The notes under the pieces: generated by a model
Databases searched by the model: none
Seen by the model: only the letters and a program-made list of their open reading frames with translations
Told to the model about the DNA's origin: nothing
From: Escherichia phage pEC-M719-6WT.2
Reading direction: 5' to 3' (one strand)
Length of the DNA: 64,000 nt
Sequence record: OQ845958.1
In this document: positions 1 to 8,269 of the stretch, one piece after another
Position numbering within the stretch: the first letter of the stretch is position 1
Layout of the letters: every line of letters begins with the position of its first letter
Program-made: the position numbers and the translations under genes

Positions 1-116
1 TAACCCAGCTCTTCCTGGGAAGTCTCCGACCATGTGTTGTCGTATGGCGTTTGTTAACTCTAATCGTCTGGAAGGAAAAATTAGCACAAAAGTGATTTAT
101 ATCTAATGGGGAATTC

Positions 117-659
117 ATGAAAAAAGTAATCGCCACCTTACTATTGACAGTTAGTATGTCTGCCCATAGCGTAGAGCCTACTTTCAGTAATGAACAAATG
201 GAGAACCTCCAATATGCTTATGCGTTTGGAGAACAGTTCCAGAAAAATGGTAAGTACAAAGAAAATCCGCACCAACATAATGGTTTGGGATATATCATGG
301 CTGGTTTAACCTGGCAGGAAAGTTCTGCTGGGATTAATACTGGATTAAATAAAGATAAGCATCATGCATATGGTATATTCCAAAATTATCTTCCAACCGT
401 GCGCGAACGCGTGAAACAGGTTGGGTGGACAATGACAGATAAAGAAATAATCAAGATGATAAGCAAGAGAGAGAACAGTGCACGCTGGGCTTATATTGAG
501 CTTTCATATTGGTTGAATATTCATAAGGGGGATATAAGGAAAACACTATCATCATATAACGCAGGGTGGAATGTGAAAGCTGGTAATAAGTATGCTTCAC
601 AGGTCCTAGAAAAAGCTAACTACTTAAAATCACGAGGCCTATTAAAAACGGTGGATTAA
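117..659 (+). CDS. secreted lytic-transglycosylase-like protein
   Basis: 180 aa; N-terminal signal peptide (MKKVIATLLLTVSMSAHS); motifs TWQESSAG, YGIFQ and SSYNAG resemble family-1 lytic transglycosylase (SLT) signatures. Confidence 0.5.
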   Translation: MKKVIATLLLTVSMSAHSVEPTFSNEQMENLQYAYAFGEQFQKNGKYKENPHQHNGLGYIMAGLTWQESSAGINTGLNKDKHHAYGIFQNYLPTVRERVKQVGWTMTDKEIIKMISKRENSARWAYIELSYWLNIHKGDIRKTLSSYNAGWNVKAGNKYASQVLEKANYLKSRGLLKTVD

Positions 660-661
660 AA

Positions 662-1021
662 ATGGTAAGAGTTATCACTTTAGCCATAGGGTTAGTATTC
701 AGCATGGGAGGAATAGCTTCAGTACAGAGCGACGACAACAACAGCATCGTAGAATATGCAACGAGGACGGCTAAAGATTATTGCGCATCAAGCAATGTGG
801 ATTGTGTAATCCGGTTCAGTGCCAAGCTCACCGCGGCATATAAAGATGGTCAAAATGATGTTGAACATACGCTTTTGAAAAAGAATGTATTATCCAACAA
901 ATATGAAAAGAAATTATTTGAAATGGATTGCATTCTATCAAGTGCAAAATATAAGGCGGCCTGCACCAGTATGGTTGACAGGTTAGTGGATTCATATAAT
1001 AGAGGATTGAACTCTAAATGA
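662..1021 (+). CDS. hypothetical secreted protein
   Basis: 119 aa; hydrophobic N-terminal signal-like segment; start abuts stop of upstream gene. Confidence 0.4.
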   Translation: MVRVITLAIGLVFSMGGIASVQSDDNNSIVEYATRTAKDYCASSNVDCVIRFSAKLTAAYKDGQNDVEHTLLKKNVLSNKYEKKLFEMDCILSSAKYKAACTSMVDRLVDSYNRGLNSK

Positions 1022-1482
1022 TTACCCAGTATATTAAGGGCGATATCGTCGCCCTCTTTCTTAGCGGTAAAAACATTGCTCATGGCTGTAATTGCTTCCA
1101 TACAATGGGCTCTGGAGTAGCTGGACAATTGGCGAAGGCTTATCCAAGGATTTTAGAAATAGACAAAACCACTACTGAATATGGTTCTCGTGATAAATTA
1201 GGCGATATGTCTATTGTTTTCAAATATTCCCGTGGTCCGTCAACTTGCTTTAATCTTTACACCCAATATGAACCAGGACCAAATCTCGACTATCACGCTT
1301 TAGTAAATTGTATGGTAGAATTAAATCGAGTCCTGAGTGAAGGAACACTATTCCGACCAGTGGTTTATATCCCACGGATTGGATGTGGTATTGCAGGTGG
1401 AGATTGGGAAAAGGTCTCTATGTTAATTGATATTTTTACCCCTGACATTGATTTGATAGTGGTGGATTATGAGCCTGAATGA
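1018..1482 (+). CDS. macro domain protein (ADP-ribose binding/processing)
   Basis: 154 aa; GDIV...AHGCNC...MGSGVAGQ motifs typical of macro domains; ATGA overlap with upstream gene. Confidence 0.6.
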   Translation: MITQYIKGDIVALFLSGKNIAHGCNCFHTMGSGVAGQLAKAYPRILEIDKTTTEYGSRDKLGDMSIVFKYSRGPSTCFNLYTQYEPGPNLDYHALVNCMVELNRVLSEGTLFRPVVYIPRIGCGIAGGDWEKVSMLIDIFTPDIDLIVVDYEPE

Positions 1483-1645
1483 AGAACAAGAACGTATTGT
1501 TGAAAACTTAGATAAGCTTATTCATTTAGCTAAAAAGGTGGCAGCTTTACAACCCCACGGCAGTAAAGAAGATTATGACCAAGCTGCCGAGGCTCTCAAG
1601 GCCCAACGAAAAAGAATTTTGGCTATGGACGGAATTGAATTATGA
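1469..1645 (+). CDS. small hypothetical protein (58 aa)
   Basis: ATG-initiated ORF below the 60 aa track cutoff; stop overlaps start of next gene (ATGA); hand-translated. Confidence 0.2.
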   Translation: MSLNEEQERIVENLDKLIHLAKKVAALQPHGSKEDYDQAAEALKAQRKRILAMDGIEL

Positions 1646-1848
1646 GCCAAGCCCGAATTCTTAAAACGGCCAAATGTGAAAAATGTGAATGGCCAGTAAT
1701 CGCAGCTTTATGCAACGATGAAATGGAATGTGAATTTGATTACTGGTGGTACTGTTCCAATAAAGGGTGCATTAATCATAAGGGTGAAGGTTTTCATTCT
1801 GGTTATTGCGAACATCCTAAATTTGTGCGATATGGTGAACCGAAATGA
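1642..1848 (+). CDS. Cys-rich small protein (putative zinc binding)
   Basis: 68 aa with CxxC and multiple Cys/His; translationally coupled. Confidence 0.4.
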   Translation: MSQARILKTAKCEKCEWPVIAALCNDEMECEFDYWWYCSNKGCINHKGEGFHSGYCEHPKFVRYGEPK

Positions 1849-2030
1849 GTTTAAGTATTAGTCAGAAAAGTAGATTGTTTGAGCTTATCCATGAGCTTTT
1901 GGAAGAGCACGCAGAAGCAAACGCTTTTTACGATGAATATGGCCCGATAGACGCCGACCATCAGGAAGAATTTGCTAATCGATTTGATGCGAAAGAAAAC
2001 GAATTAATAGCTTATGTGAATACGCTTTAA
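1845..2030 (+). CDS. hypothetical protein
   Basis: 61 aa acidic ORF immediately upstream of tk; ATGA overlap. Confidence 0.4.
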   Translation: MSLSISQKSRLFELIHELLEEHAEANAFYDEYGPIDADHQEEFANRFDAKENELIAYVNTL

Positions 2031-2039
2031 GAAGGTGAT

Positions 2040-2612
2040 ATGGCGAGTTTAATTTATCATTACGCAGCAATGAATGCAGGCAAAACAGCTTCATTGCTGA
2101 CTGCAGCTTATTCCTATAAAGAGCGTGGAATGAGTGTGCTTTTGCTAAAACCTGTTATTGATAATCGGGACTCGGAATCTGAAATCAAATCACGTATTGG
2201 TATTAGCCAGGAAGCAAACCTGGTAACGGCCGACATGAACCTGTTTGAATTCTATAAATGGGCCGAGTCTCAAAAGGATATCCATTGTGTCCTGGTCGAT
2301 GAAGCTCAATTTTTGTTACCAGAGCAAATTGACCAGTTAGCTCAAGTGGTTGATAATTACAATATCCCCGTTATGTGTTACGGGTTAAGAACAGATTTTC
2401 GGGGTCAATTATTTCCCGGTTCAGCCAGACTTCTGGCTATTTCGGATAAACTGGTTGAATTAAAGGGCGTCTGTCATTGCGGCCGGAAAGCAACCATGAC
2501 CGCGAGAGTAATCGACGGTGCTGCTGTAAAGGACGGCGAGCAAGTGTTAGTCGGTGGGAATGAATCGTACGTATCTTTATGCAGAAAACATTGGCTCGAA
2601 TTAACAAGCTGA
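2040..2612 (+). CDS. tk: thymidine kinase
   Basis: 190 aa; P-loop NAGKTASLL, conserved VDEAQF and C-terminal Cys pairs typical of type II thymidine kinase; T4 tk-like. Confidence 0.9.
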   Translation: MASLIYHYAAMNAGKTASLLTAAYSYKERGMSVLLLKPVIDNRDSESEIKSRIGISQEANLVTADMNLFEFYKWAESQKDIHCVLVDEAQFLLPEQIDQLAQVVDNYNIPVMCYGLRTDFRGQLFPGSARLLAISDKLVELKGVCHCGRKATMTARVIDGAAVKDGEQVLVGGNESYVSLCRKHWLELTS

Positions 2613-2619
2613 GGTTCGC

Positions 2620-2895
2620 ATGGTATACAAGGTTTGGACGTATATCTCTATTTTTGTTATTGCTGGAATTGCATTTATTCCCACACAAACAGATAGCGAG
2701 AGATATGAAAGGGAAATTGAAATAGTAGCAAGCACGTACCATTCTGTTAATAAAGAATGCCCGAATAAAAATGGAATAAATTTACAAAAATCACATTATA
2801 TGCTGACTGTTACTAGTCCAGTGCAAAGAATATGGGTTGATAGACATTTTTCTGATTTATTTGCAATGTATTGTTTCAAATTTAAAAGATTATAA
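2620..2895 (+). CDS. hypothetical membrane-anchored protein (rI.-1 position)
   Basis: 91 aa; N-terminal hydrophobic helix; sits between tk and rI as in T4. Confidence 0.4.
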   Translation: MVYKVWTYISIFVIAGIAFIPTQTDSERYEREIEIVASTYHSVNKECPNKNGINLQKSHYMLTVTSPVQRIWVDRHFSDLFAMYCFKFKRL

Positions 2896-2898
2896 ATA
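2891..2898 (+). promoter_or_regulatory. T4-type late promoter (TATAAATA)
   Basis: exact TATAAATA octamer about 70 nt upstream of the rI-like gene. Confidence 0.4.
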
Positions 2899-2970
2899 CA
2901 GTTACTAACTAGTATTCCGCTATGTTAAGGCTGCAAAGCGTAATCATGACCAACAATAAGGAGTCCTTTT

Positions 2971-3264
2971 ATGGACCTTATTCGAGGACTTTCTCTAAGT
3001 CTATTACTAATGGGCTGTTTAGGCCCAAATATGTCCTCTGCTACAGATGGTAAATTTACCCAGTATGCAGATAGTGCGATGCAAATCTATTCGCAATTCA
3101 AAGAACCCAGCGTCGAGCAGTCCGAACAATTTTGGGCTTTTATTAAAACTGAATGGAACAATAAGAGTCAATGTGTAAATGAAATCACATGTCAAATTGA
3201 TGGCCGTGCGGCTGCAGTCGAATACGCTAAATTAATGAAGGTAAAATTGGAAGATGAAATTTGA
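2971..3264 (+). CDS. rI: lysis inhibition regulator RI-like periplasmic protein
   Basis: 97 aa (same as T4 RI); N-terminal signal-anchor segment; SVEQSEQFWAFIKT and C-terminal AKLMKVKLEDE match my recollection of T4 RI; next to tk as in T4; SD AAGGAG upstream. Confidence 0.7.
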   Translation: MDLIRGLSLSLLLMGCLGPNMSSATDGKFTQYADSAMQIYSQFKEPSVEQSEQFWAFIKTEWNNKSQCVNEITCQIDGRAAAVEYAKLMKVKLEDEI

Positions 3265-3637
3265 TGATTTCGTAACGGGTCGTGGGTCTGAGGTGGATTC
3301 ATATATTGGGTGGTTGTTAGTCTCTTTGGCTTATTTTAAATCCGCCCATCTTGAAACCAAAAGTTACGCCCGCCATAAAGCTTATGATTTCTACTTCACA
3401 GAAATCCAAGGTCCACTCGACCAGTTCAGTGAGCAATGGTTAGGTTACAGCGGGAAACAATACAAAGCTGCATTACCGTCCGCCTCGGACTTGCCGAAAG
3501 ATACAATTTTGTTTTTAGATGAAATGATTAAAAGCTCGGAAAGAGTCTATAAAGTTGTACCTAAGGCTATTCAATCGACTCTGGACGATATCGTTGGAGT
3601 TTTCTTTCAAACTAAGTATCTGTTAACACTAGAGTAA
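3254..3637 (+). CDS. hypothetical protein (rI.1 position)
   Basis: 127 aa; overlaps rI end; followed by intrinsic terminator. Confidence 0.45.
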   Translation: MKFDDFVTGRGSEVDSYIGWLLVSLAYFKSAHLETKSYARHKAYDFYFTEIQGPLDQFSEQWLGYSGKQYKAALPSASDLPKDTILFLDEMIKSSERVYKVVPKAIQSTLDDIVGVFFQTKYLLTLE

Positions 3638-3644
3638 TTCAAAA

Positions 3645-3673
3645 GGTCTGCCTTCGGGTGGACCTTTTTTTTT
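3645..3673 (+). terminator. rho-independent terminator
   Basis: GGTCTGCC-TTCG-GGTGGACC hairpin followed by a 9-T run. Confidence 0.65.
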
Positions 3674-3683
3674 CATTTAGGGG

Positions 3684-3713
3684 GTTTACATCCTCATAAA
3701 AAGGGTGTACTAT
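3684..3713 (+). promoter_or_regulatory. early promoter (GTTTACA -35, 17 nt, TACTAT -10) with conserved leader
   Basis: -35/-10 spacing of 17 nt; followed by conserved leader TATCCCATCAACTACTGAGGAG and ATG at 3742. Confidence 0.5.
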
Positions 3714-3741
3714 TATCCCATCAACTACTGAGGAGAATACA

Positions 3742-3945
3742 ATGAGAATTAAAAATATCAAGATTGATGCAGTTAATACTGGTGATGAGGTTGTTATCTA
3801 TCTTAATGATTATGCAATCTTTATGGACAGTGCCACTGATGAAGAAGTTGTTGAACTCTTACAGAAAGCTCCATTTGAACTGTGCGAAGAAGATGCTACT
3901 CATCTTTCATCAGCAATTTTCTCATTATCATATGTGGTGGAATAA
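3742..3945 (+). CDS. hypothetical protein
   Basis: 67 aa acidic ORF downstream of early promoter; SD GAGGAG. Confidence 0.45.
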   Translation: MRIKNIKIDAVNTGDEVVIYLNDYAIFMDSATDEEVVELLQKAPFELCEEDATHLSSAIFSLSYVVE

Positions 3946-4181
3946 TGAAACTTACAAATACCATGGTTTCATTGGAATATGAAACCAATAATCATATTCT
4001 TGAAATTAAGATATTTGATGACAGAAGCATATTTGCTGATTACCGCGGATATAGAATTCGCCTGGAAAAGGACGAGCTCAAAGAACCATGGCTCCTTAAA
4101 GATACCTTAAAGGGTTGTGGGTGTAAGCTGAAGACCACTCAAGCCCAAGAATTAATTTCTACCATCAACAAATACTGGTGA
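3945..4181 (+). CDS. hypothetical protein
   Basis: 78 aa; internal ATG of track ORF 3882-4181 chosen because of TAATG overlap with upstream stop. Confidence 0.4.
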   Translation: MKLTNTMVSLEYETNNHILEIKIFDDRSIFADYRGYRIRLEKDELKEPWLLKDTLKGCGCKLKTTQAQELISTINKYW

Positions 4182-4185
4182 TATT

Positions 4186-4368
4186 ATGTTAACTACTGAA
4201 CAGATTGAACAAATCCTTAAACTTGCTACTGCTATTGAACGCGATTCTTATGATATTGCAGTAGAACATTGTGAAGGCTATTCATATTCCGGAATAGAGC
4301 AGTGTAAACGAGATTTAGCGAATTCTAAAGCAGCATTGGTTGAGTATCTGAATGAGTTGAAAGAATAA
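4186..4368 (+). CDS. hypothetical protein
   Basis: 60 aa; translationally coupled. Confidence 0.4.
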   Translation: MLTTEQIEQILKLATAIERDSYDIAVEHCEGYSYSGIEQCKRDLANSKAALVEYLNELKE

Positions 4369-4625
4369 TGGCTGTTGGATTTGCAAAAGACGGAGCTGAA
4401 CAGCTAGAGATGGAAGCGGTTGTACAAGCCGCTATCACCCATGCGAGAGCACAAGTTGCAGTTGAAAGGGAGTCTGCTGAATTCTGTTTTGACTGCGACG
4501 AAAAAATTCCTGAAGCGCGGAGACAAGCGATTAGGGGTGTGATATATTGTGTTGGTTGTCAATCAATGCATGATGAAATTTTTAAACGTGAGCCACGAAA
4601 CTGTTGGCACAGGAGCATGAGATGA
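4368..4625 (+). CDS. DksA/TraR-family C4 zinc-finger protein
   Basis: 85 aa; CFDC-x17-CVGC four-Cys zinc finger at C-terminus preceded by helical region, as in TraR/DksA. Confidence 0.55.
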   Translation: MAVGFAKDGAEQLEMEAVVQAAITHARAQVAVERESAEFCFDCDEKIPEARRQAIRGVIYCVGCQSMHDEIFKREPRNCWHRSMR

Positions 4626-4716
4626 TTTACTATCTTGAACCTTGGGCTTGGTTAACAATGGCTATAGGGCCTGTTTTAATTGGTTTATTCTTTTCATGGT
4701 TAGCGAGGAAACTGTA

Positions 4717-4932
4717 ATGTTGTATGACCCAAGTGGTAATTTTGAAAATGGTGTGATTGTTCTGGAGCCTGAGCATCCAATTGGTGACGTATACCGCCCA
4801 GTTGAAGTGTGCGAATGTAATTTTGTTGCAGGTAATACTGGTGGGATTTCCATTGAGCAAGATGATGATGTTATTTACCTGGATGCAAGCCAAGTAGAAG
4901 CGCTTTATAGTATTTTAAAACATAACCGTTGA
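4717..4932 (+). CDS. hypothetical protein
   Basis: 71 aa; ATG preceded by GAGGAA; track ORF 4642 appears to begin at a non-ATG codon. Confidence 0.4.
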   Translation: MLYDPSGNFENGVIVLEPEHPIGDVYRPVEVCECNFVAGNTGGISIEQDDDVIYLDASQVEALYSILKHNR

Positions 4933-4942
4933 GGAACAGAAA

Positions 4943-5503
4943 ATGATTATTGAAACAACTGAATTGTTTGGCGAACTGACTGCTGAAGTGGTTAATAACG
5001 CAATCGAGCTTTGTCAAGAAGACGATAAAATCGTACTGACTATCCAAGATATTAAACCACTTTATAATTTAATGGTTTTGGATAGAGCTGACTATCTCAA
5101 TGGACGTAATAGTGCTCCTGTCGATATTAACGATGAGCTATACGCTTATATCTATAAAAATGAAAATGGGTTTAATCTGGAAAATGGTATAGAATGCCTG
5201 AGCATTAGCGATTCTGATAAATTCTTTGATTGTATTTTCAAACTCTTCCAGGAAGAATGTAAACCGGAAGTTGAATGGAAAGTTCCGGGACAAGATGCAC
5301 TGATTCGCTCTAGTGAAACGTTTGAAGGCGATGAAGAGGAACTAGATTATAATACTGAATTAACTGTGCATCAACATAACGGCCGTGACCTGTTATCTAT
5401 TGTCCAAAGACATGACGGCGAAAGTGAAGTGGTATTTACTAAGGACGAGCTAAAAGTTTTAGTCTCTTATCTGAACTCTGTTATCCCAACTATGAACTCT
5501 TAA
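4943..5503 (+). CDS. acidic hypothetical protein
   Basis: 186 aa, strongly acidic; SD upstream. Confidence 0.5.
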   Translation: MIIETTELFGELTAEVVNNAIELCQEDDKIVLTIQDIKPLYNLMVLDRADYLNGRNSAPVDINDELYAYIYKNENGFNLENGIECLSISDSDKFFDCIFKLFQEECKPEVEWKVPGQDALIRSSETFEGDEEELDYNTELTVHQHNGRDLLSIVQRHDGESEVVFTKDELKVLVSYLNSVIPTMNS

Positions 5504-5514
5504 GGAAAATTATT

Positions 5515-5967
5515 ATGATTATCAATACAAACTCATGGCACGCTCGTTTCCACGACCGTTTTTATGACCGTCATTCTCGTCCACACTCTTTGTGTGCTTA
5601 TTTCTGGAAAATGGTTTGGGCTTGTTTTGTTTGTGCCGTTTTTATCGGTAGTATGGTTTTTGGATTAACTGTCGCGGGTGCAGGTGTATTAGAGCATTTC
5701 TTTGTATTAAGCACCCCGGTCGGTTTAGGCTTAGGGTTTATTTTAGGACTAGCTACACTGGCTCTTATTCTGACGGTAGCATTTGGTCTAATGTATGGTC
5801 TAATGAATTTATGGGCCTGGTACGATTTACGTAAAGAAGAAAAAGAATGGGAACGCATTAAAGCTAAACGTGAAGGAAAGGAAATTAAAGAAAATGTTTT
5901 CATTCAATATATCAAAGCTCGTAAATCTAAGATGTGCCCAGTAATCCACTTCGAGGACAAAGAATGA
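5515..5967 (+). CDS. integral membrane protein
   Basis: 150 aa; two to three hydrophobic helices, basic C-terminal tail. Confidence 0.5.
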   Translation: MIINTNSWHARFHDRFYDRHSRPHSLCAYFWKMVWACFVCAVFIGSMVFGLTVAGAGVLEHFFVLSTPVGLGLGFILGLATLALILTVAFGLMYGLMNLWAWYDLRKEEKEWERIKAKREGKEIKENVFIQYIKARKSKMCPVIHFEDKE

Positions 5968-6974
5968 AAACTATTATGAAAGGCTACTTCGGTAGCCACC
6001 TTTATGGAACAAGCACCCCAGAATCTGATGTTGATTTTAAAGAAATCTTTGTTCCTCATCCGCGAGATATCCTGCTCGGAACCGCGATGAATCATACAAA
6101 CCTGAACACGAATAACACGGCTACCAAAAACACAAAAGACGATATCGATCATGAATTATTCAGTCTGAAATATTTCTTTAAACTGGCTGCCGAAGGCGAA
6201 ACCGTTGCCCTGGATATGATTCACACCCCGGCTGACCTGGTAGTCAAATCCGATTTACCAGATGTATGGAAGTTTATTCAAGACAACCGTTCGCGGTTCT
6301 ATACAACTAACATGAAAGCCTATTTGGGGTACGTCCGTAAGCAAGCTTCCAAATATGGTGTTAAAGGTTCTCGATTGGCTGCACTGCGTGGTGTACTGAC
6401 AATTGTTAACCAGATTCCTGAACAGTGTGTCGATTATCAAGAAGATGGTTCTATTAAACAACGTCGAACTAAAGTAGAAGATATTAAGCACCGGCTCCCT
6501 GAAAACGAGTTCTGTGAATGGGTATTTCATAACCATGAGAAAACAGGTCCTCAAACGTTCTATACTGTTCTTGGACGTAAGTACCAAACCACCCTGTCTT
6601 TAATCGAGCTCAAGCAATCTCTGAATAAACTTGATGCCGAATATGGTGAACGTGCTCGTAAGGCTGAAGCCAATGAAGGTATTGACTGGAAAGCATTGAG
6701 TCATGCTTACCGAGCTGGATATCAGCTGAAGGAAATCTATCAAACTGGTGACCTGGTTTATCCACTTAAAAATGCTTCTATTATTAAAGCAATAAAAGCT
6801 GGTGATATGCCTTTCAAAGTAGTTCAAGGCCTGTTGGAAAATACTGTTGATGAAGTTGAAGTCCTGGCCATCCAGGCTGCTAAGAATGGTATGCCTGCGA
6901 AGGTGGACATGAAGTTCTGGGACAAGTTTGTTGAGGAGGTATATCTTGACAACCACAATTCCTATTATCGATAA
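5964..6974 (+). CDS. Pol-beta-superfamily nucleotidyltransferase-like protein
   Basis: 337 aa from ATG at 5964; N-terminal GS-x10-DVD pattern (GSHLYGTSTPESDVDF) characteristic of minimal nucleotidyltransferase fold; ATGA overlap with upstream gene. Confidence 0.5.
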   Translation: MKTIMKGYFGSHLYGTSTPESDVDFKEIFVPHPRDILLGTAMNHTNLNTNNTATKNTKDDIDHELFSLKYFFKLAAEGETVALDMIHTPADLVVKSDLPDVWKFIQDNRSRFYTTNMKAYLGYVRKQASKYGVKGSRLAALRGVLTIVNQIPEQCVDYQEDGSIKQRRTKVEDIKHRLPENEFCEWVFHNHEKTGPQTFYTVLGRKYQTTLSLIELKQSLNKLDAEYGERARKAEANEGIDWKALSHAYRAGYQLKEIYQTGDLVYPLKNASIIKAIKAGDMPFKVVQGLLENTVDEVEVLAIQAAKNGMPAKVDMKFWDKFVEEVYLDNHNSYYR

Positions 6975-7170
6975 CCAGGAAATCAAGGTCTTCTTATCGT
7001 ATGGAAGACCTAATAAAGGTCGGCGCTGGTATCTCGAAGCAGTCTGTCGGGAAACTGGCAGACGAATCAACAATAAGTACATATGCAAACCAACTCCCAA
7101 ACAAACTCGCAGGTTTGTTAACTGGGCTATCAATACTATAAGATTCCATAATTTTTGGAGTGCAATCTAA
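6946..7170 (+). CDS. hypothetical basic protein (possible TTG start)
   Basis: track ORF 6928-7170; TTG at 6946 lies 6 nt after a GAGGAGG SD; ends just before bidirectional terminator. Confidence 0.25.
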   Translation: MTTTIPIIDNQEIKVFLSYGRPNKGRRWYLEAVCRETGRRINNKYICKPTPKQTRRFVNWAINTIRFHNFWSAI

Positions 7171-7190
7171 GGGCCATCTGGCCCTTTTTT
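7171..7190. terminator. terminator hairpin between convergent genes
   Basis: GGGCCATCTGGCCC hairpin plus T6; lies between stop of + gene (7170) and stop of - gene (7193). Confidence 0.55.
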
Positions 7191-7192
7191 GT

Positions 7193-7939
7193 TTATGAAG
7201 TCACTGTTTGTTCGGCTACTAACAATGCAGAGGTTATTGTAAAGTTGCCGCCATTTGGCATAACAGTTATCGCTGTACCATTGGTTGCCATTGCCCCATC
7301 TTTATCAATGCTAAAGAACGTTGTAAAAGACAAAATATCTGTAGCATTTTCCGGACGATTTTGTATATAAGTGTTTCCGTTGGTTCCAACGAAATTTAAT
7401 GTTATACTTCGAGCTTGCGAGCTTCCTGTAAAATTACCAATAAGGTTGAGTTTAAATAATAGGCTTCTGTCTTGGTTATATGGCCACAACTTATCATCAG
7501 TGGTTCTAAAAAACGGAGATAGAGTCCCTGCTGTCGGCGGAATCCCCTTTAAAACACTAATTATGTTTGACGTCACACCATTAGTTAATAGAACGTTTAT
7601 ACCACTCCAAAACACCTCGGATTTTTCCCTCTTTCCTGCTGTATCAGTTAAAAAATCATCAACAGTTCCTGTATTTCCCAAGTCAAGCCATATCTGATAA
7701 GAAGACTTTCCATCCCCGCCTGGGTCTCCTTTTGGTCCTGGTACACCCGGTTCTCCTTTGGGACCAGGCGGACCCGGTATCTGAGTTTCCGAGCTGGACA
7801 TAGTTTGGAAAAAACGCTCTTTGCTATCTGTAGGAGTATTCGGCAACACCATAGTAGAACCAAACAAATACCAATTATTAGCCAAGGCAGCCTGGACTTT
7901 TTCATTGAGTTCATCAACAGTTCTTCCGGATAAAATCAT
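7193..7939 (-). CDS. collagen-like repeat protein with tail-fibre-like motif
   Basis: 248 aa on minus strand; strong SD (AAGGAGA) 7 nt before ATG; eight Gly-X-Y triplets (GPPGPKGEPGVPGPKGDPGGDG) followed by KSSYQIWLDLGNTGT, resembling the SAYEIW..GF.GT motif of phage fibre proteins. Confidence 0.6.
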   Translation of the reverse strand: MILSGRTVDELNEKVQAALANNWYLFGSTMVLPNTPTDSKERFFQTMSSSETQIPGPPGPKGEPGVPGPKGDPGGDGKSSYQIWLDLGNTGTVDDFLTDTAGKREKSEVFWSGINVLLTNGVTSNIISVLKGIPPTAGTLSPFFRTTDDKLWPYNQDRSLLFKLNLIGNFTGSSQARSITLNFVGTNGNTYIQNRPENATDILSFTTFFSIDKDGAMATNGTAITVMPNGGNFTITSALLVAEQTVTS

Positions 7940-7985
7940 AAACTTTCTCCTTTATGGTTTTATTAAGTATTTTTATTTAGTATAT

Positions 7986-8015
7986 GTGTACAACCAGATG
8001 GTCATGATGCATAAT
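7986..8015 (+). promoter_or_regulatory. early promoter (GTGTACA, 17 nt, CATAAT)
   Basis: followed by conserved leader GATTCCATACTGAGTTACCAAAT...GGAGAATAAAATG. Confidence 0.5.
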
Positions 8016-8056
8016 GATTCCATACTGAGTTACCAAATAAACAAACGGAGAATAAA

Positions 8057-8263
8057 ATGTTAGAATTAATCAAAGCTGCTGGTGAAAAAGGTCTGATGGT
8101 TAACACTCGTGACCCTGAACAACGTCAAGCATTTGGTGAGTTAAAAGCCAAAGGTCTGGTTAAAGCATCCCTTGGTATTGGTAATGCTTTGCGTGTGACT
8201 TTGACCCCTGCAGGTAAAGCAATGTTCTTCCCTAAACCATTACCAAAACGTCGTCGCAAGTGA
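8057..8263 (+). CDS. hypothetical basic protein
   Basis: 68 aa; C-terminal KRRRK; own early promoter. Confidence 0.45.
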   Translation: MLELIKAAGEKGLMVNTRDPEQRQAFGELKAKGLVKASLGIGNALRVTLTPAGKAMFFPKPLPKRRRK

Positions 8264-8269
8264 GGAATT

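Noticed and set aside
6600-7133. 177 aa minus-strand ORF overlapping the nucleotidyltransferase gene
   Set aside because: Antisense to a + strand gene with good coupling signals; no SD of its own.
7155-7917. Plus-strand ORFs 7155-7370 and 7371-7697, and minus ORF 7648-7917, overlapping the collagen-like gene
   Set aside because: The minus-strand collagen-like ORF has the strong SD and coherent Gly-X-Y repeat; these overlapping ORFs lack start signals and are taken as shadow ORFs.
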